From Felis catus (taxonomy: Eukaryota), in the NCBI RefSeq assembly GCF_018350175.1, contig NC_058369.1, positions 7,628,001-7,688,000 on the forward strand: a DNA stretch of 60,000 nt, in the 5' to 3' direction. The notes beneath the pieces were generated by a model. That model was not told the origin of the DNA and did no database searches. It saw only the letters and a list, made by a program, of their open reading frames with translations. Position numbers and translations under genes: made by a program. Below, in pieces: positions 18,984 to 60,000 of this stretch. How positions within the stretch are numbered: the stretch's first letter is position 1; each line of letters starts with the position of its first letter.

Positions 18984-19998
18984 GTAATTCAGCTGCGCTT
19001 AGAAGATCTACACACCTTAATGAAATCCAGAGGGGAAGAAAGCAAGGTTCAGTCACAGGAAGAAGACCCCCAAGCACAGCCATGATTCTTGACTGAGTCC
19101 ATTAGATCAGAGGCCACAAAAGGATCATCGAAATCCATTCTCTCACCTGCATTTATCAACTGCCATTCTATTGCAGACAGAGCTTTCTCCTCACCGGTGG
19201 GCACCACCTGCGTACTAAATACAGTTCGTGCCGCAAGGAAGGCCTGAGTTCCCCCTCTGAATGATCTCGAAGTGCAGCCATTGTGTTTAATAAGTCACCT
19301 CAAATGGTCACGAGGCTTTGAGCCATCAGGGGATTTCATCGATCAAATGTACCGCAATCTACTACAATCACTATTCTTGTCACGTCCCCAATTCCACTAG
19401 GGTTTCCTTCCCACGAAAAGGCTGAACTAAACTCTGACAGAAGGAAGAACATTCTCTGCCAGGCAGGCAGGGCAGCGGAAGCTGCTGGAAGCCACGTCCC
19501 CTCCCTCTGCCCCACACCAGCGCAGCAGCGCCCCCTTGGTCCACAGCCTGGCTCAGGCTAGTGCTCTCGGGGTACACGGAGGCAGGTGTGCCTCAAAAGG
19601 CAGTCACTCACCTGGGCCACCCCTCGAGGGACAGCCCGCTGCCCAGCTGAGACCTAATGGCTGAGCCACAGCGGAAAACAGCTTCTACCACTTACGCTAA
19701 AGTGAATCCTCAAGTTCTTGGTTAGCATGTTGCACACCCGAAACACAGACTCCAACTGGAAAAAAAATCACGAAAATAAGGGAATTCAGGTTGGCTGGGT
19801 AAAACGAAACAAAACAACCACCTAGTACACAAAGTCAATAATCAATACGAGTCAATCTTTCTGTAGAAGCAAAGAACCACTGCTTAAGAAAGGAGCCTCT
19901 TCCCTGCCTCCCACCAGAAAACAAAAAAGAAATCCCATTTACGGTAGGAATGAAAGGATTAAATACCTAGGAATCCAGTTAAGAAATCTGTAGTACAT

Positions 19999-20425
19999 GG
20001 GATGCCTGGGTGGTTCAGTCTGGTTGAGCCTCCGACTGCAGCTCAGGTCATGATCTCACCGCTTGTGAGTTCGAGCCCCGCACTGGGCTCTGTGCTGATG
20101 GCTCAGAGCCTGGAGCCTGCTTTGGAGTCTGTGTTTCCCTCTCTCTCTGCCCCTTCCCCTGCTCATGCTCTGTCTCTCTCTGTCTCAAAAATAAATTAAC
20201 ATTACAAAAAAAATTTTTTTTAAGAAATATGCAGCACCTAGGAGTGACTGGGTGGCTCAGACAGTTGAGCCCCTGACTCTCGATTTCGGCTCAGGTCACC
20301 TTCCCGGGGTTGTGGGATGGAGCCCTGTGTCCGGCTCGGCGCTGGGCGTGGGGAGCCAGCTTACGATTCTCTCTCCCTCCCGACCACCCGTGTGCTCTCG
20401 CTTCCCCCCACCCCAAAAAAAGGCA
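19999..20425 (+). mobile_element. Two tandem SINECs
   Basis: Heads at about 19999 and 20241. Confidence 0.88.
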
Positions 20426-20762
20426 GTATCTAGATGAAGACTTTGAAATTTTGAAACACTGAGGGACATAAAAGAATATCTGAATAATCAGGGCTGACCC
20501 TATACTTCGAAAGGCAGGCTTGTCCTTAAGTTTTCCCCAGAAGTCTGTACACCTCATGCAGCCGCTGTAAGAGTACCCACTAGGCTTTTACATGTGCCAA
20601 GTCCAAAGTCTGACCCAGTCGTGTGTGCTGGTGACTGACACTTCTTTGTCTGCTTCTGCTTTGTTGGCATTTTACAGGAAGTCCTTTCCCAGAGACAAAC
20701 CAAAGAGGTTTGATGGTTTTAGAATTTAGTAGGATTGAAGAAAAAACAGGGGGGGTGTGCGG

Positions 20763-20968
20763 AGGGCCTGGATGGCTCAGTCGGTTGAGCTTCCGACTTT
20801 GGCTCAGGTCATGATTTCTTGGTTCATGGGTTCAAGCCCCACGTCGGGCTCTGTGCTGACAGCTCAGAGCCTGCAGCCTGATTCGGATTCTGTCTCCGGC
20901 TCTCTGCCCCTCCCCCACTTGTGCTTTCTCTGCCTCTAAAAGAAATAAACATTACACACAAAAAAATT
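20763..20968 (+). mobile_element. SINEC
   Basis: gcctggatggctcagtcggttgagc...aataaacatt. Confidence 0.9.
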
Positions 20969-21457
20969 TAGAATTCAGTAGGATTGAATTAGGCTGAAAG
21001 GATGGAAAAAGCCTACCTAACAGACTCTTAAATAAAGGGTCTGTCTGGGGGGACCAGGCCAGGGCTCCGAGGGACTCCTGTCTTCTTCCCCCCTCACCCA
21101 CTACACGGGCTTCCACGCTCATGGTCACAGATGGCTGCTGCACCACCAGGCATCACAGTCCATTCTAGAGCACAGAAGGGCTACAATGGGGAAGGCCAAC
21201 TAAGACCGTTCCTTTAAAAGGCTCTCCTGGAAGCCACACTAAGCGAGATTCACTTGGGTCTCAGCCAGAACTGAAACAAGTTAACCCTCAGCCCCAAACA
21301 CAGGCATAGCACATGCGGAATGATCTAACTTCGGACAAACACGTCTATGGGATCACCTGCAGCTCTGAGAGCCCATTCTCATCCGGGCTCAGCCAAGAGT
21401 CAGCCAGAAGCCCTACGTAAATCACAAGTCACCAGCCAGGGTGATTTATAGGAGAGA

Positions 21458-21463
21458 TTTATT
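21458..21463 (-). terminator. Poly(A) signal of DNMT1
   Basis: AATAAA on the - strand about 300 nt after the stop, at the end of an AU-rich 3' UTR. Confidence 0.85.
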
Positions 21464-21709
21464 TGAAGAAATATTACAACATATAAAAACTACATAAAGT
21501 CTTAATTCCCACTCATACGGTGGTAGATTTGATATAACGCATAATAAAAAACTTTTAAAATCCAGAATGCACAAAGTACGGCACAGTTTGATCACTAAGT
21601 CATTAGTTGATAAGCAAACCTCACAGAACAGCTTCATGTCAGCCAAGGCCACAAACACCGTGTACAACACATTTGAACTGACAGATTTTGACATGTTAAA
21701 AATACAACA

Positions 21710-21717
21710 TCAGTGCA
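21710..21717 (-). promoter_or_regulatory. miR-148/152 8mer site in the DNMT1 3' UTR
   Basis: TGCACTGA on the - strand. miR-148a/152 targeting of DNMT1 is established in human. Confidence 0.8.
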
Positions 21718-21764
21718 TGTTGGGGATCCCTGGTGCCAGAAACAAGGGTGACGGGAGGGCAAAA

Positions 21765-58452
<36,688 letters not shown>

Positions 58453-59796
58453 CTGTGGGAAGAAAACAGGGGAGAAAGAAAGGCTGTTAAGCAACTTTGT
58501 TTACTTTAAGAATTAATACCACAGTTTTAAAGAACTTTGGAACTAAACTGGATATATATGAGTGTTAGAAAATATACATATATGTGGTGGTTTTCTCCTC
58601 CTCTTGAGGTCCTCAAGTCCTGCTAGAATGCCTACAAAGTCATTAAGAAGGCACATGCAACCTGAAGGAGGTCCCCCTCTTTAGTTTTTCAGTTTTTCTT
58701 CTTCACTTTTTCTGAAGCTGAGGGGCTAGAGGAGTTTGAGAGAACAGGTGCTATTTCCAAAGGAACTGGGACAGTGGAAGCAGCCCGCACAGTTGGGGTC
58801 CTCCTGTTCACTGACTTGCAGGTGGTCTCCCTCCAGTTCTTCTCTGGCAAGACCCCAAGGAAGGGCACACCACAGGGTGGCCAGCGATGGAGTGAGTAGA
58901 CCAAGGCCACAAGATGCTGTGGGGAACAGCCAGCTAACATTCCCAAAGGCTGGGGGGATGTGGGGAGGGGGGGGTAGGCAGCATTCTAATGAGGAACGTA
59001 AGCATTGGGGAAGTAAAGGCATCTGGGGCAGCAGGGGCGCCCACACTCAGGGGCAACAGATGGGAGTGAGAAGACTGGCTGGCACCTCACCAAAGATCTC
59101 TCCGTTTCGAGTGTCTGTACCTAATCTCTTAGGAGTGCACACTGGTCAGGAGTTTGGCTGGAAAAGCACAACCTGATTTGATTATTGAGGATTAGCGTCT
59201 TGCCTTTTTTTTTGGGGGGGGGGGGCAGTGGCAGGAGAGAAGAGGAAAGGAGCAAGAGCAGAAGACACCAAGGAAAGAGAGAGGAAGAAACAAGCTGTGG
59301 TTCCCAGCCCGGGTGCCAGCTGTAGACATGGGAGGAGAACAAGTCTAACCAGCTTGGTTAGCATCTGTCACTGGAGAAGAAGTACCCTGTGCAGGGACCA
59401 GGCCTTCATCATCTCTGAACCCTCCCACTCAGCACCAGTACAGATGGCATAACCCGTTATCTATCACCAGCTGAGAGGGCAAGAACAGGGCTCTCCCAGG
59501 CTGGTTTTTCCAAGGGCAAGTGTGAGCAGCAAAACCAGGAATGCAAGCAACAGGCTTTGCCGGACTAAGGTCATACAGTGGCTGCTCCAAGTGCATGTGG
59601 ACCCCGCCTCTAGCTTTGATCCCCAACACATCTATGGGTCCCTGTTATGCCAAGCCCTATTCCAGGCAGTGAGTTGGGTAACTGGATGCAGGGACTGCCG
59701 GGCAGGGACCTCCTGACCTGGGTGGGTCAGGAAAGGTCTTTCTATAGTATAGACAAGACTGACTGCAGATATGGTGACAGTATATACTATATATAT

Positions 59797-59798
<2 letters not shown>

Positions 59799-59843
<45 letters not shown>
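59799..59843. repeat. (CA)n microsatellite
   Basis: About 22 units. Confidence 0.95.
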
Positions 59844-59845
<2 letters not shown>

Positions 59846-59881
59846 CTTGCATGTAACCCCTTCCAGGCCAAGTCATTCTAC

Positions 59882-60000
59882 TTTCTTTTTTTTTTTAATA
59901 TGAAATTTATTGTCAAATTGGTTTCCATACAACACCCAGTGCTCATCCCAACAGGTGCCCTCCTCAGTGCCCATCACCCACCCTTCCCTCCCTCTCACCC
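59882..60000 (-). mobile_element. Carnivore/feline L1 3' end, truncated by the window edge
   Basis: Poly-T then aatatgaaatttattgtcaaattggtttccatacaacacccagtgctcatcccaacaggtgccctcctc. Confidence 0.88.

Noticed and set aside
19000..19400. Unique-looking intergenic segment between EIF3G and DNMT1
   Set aside because: No ORF, RNA motif or repeat family I can recognise; would need a conservation search.

Overview
Eukaryotic (mammalian, felid-like) genomic DNA, identified by about 30 carnivore tRNA-derived SINEs of the feline SINEC type and a carnivore L1 3' end. The window is the GC-rich block syntenic to human 19p13.2. In order: a probable non-coding first exon of ANGPTL6 (-), PPAN (+, 12 exons, 467 aa, hosting SNORD105 and SNORD105B), P2RY11 (+, 2 exons, 368 aa), EIF3G (-, 11 exons, 320 aa) and DNMT1 (-, 39 coding exons from exon 2 to the stop; exon 1 lies beyond 60000). 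All exon boundaries were read by hand and the phases add up. Most ORFs in the supplied track are shadow or repeat-derived. I see no wholly new gene system. The best leads are: (1) Leu and Gly at the ligand-selectivity positions R268 and E186 of P2Y11, plus a shifted stop codon; (2) in-frame routes to a PPAN-P2RY11 chimera behind a weak poly(A) signal; (3) a degenerate box C in SNORD105; (4) a MIR with an intact Pol III B-box and tandem RFX X-boxes at the PPAN promoter; (5) a four-fold repeated, frame-preserving exon-pair module in the DNMT1 N-terminus, flanked by inverted SINEs; (6) convergent poly(A) signals 28 nt apart. Comparisons with human and dog orthologues are from memory and need confirming by alignment.
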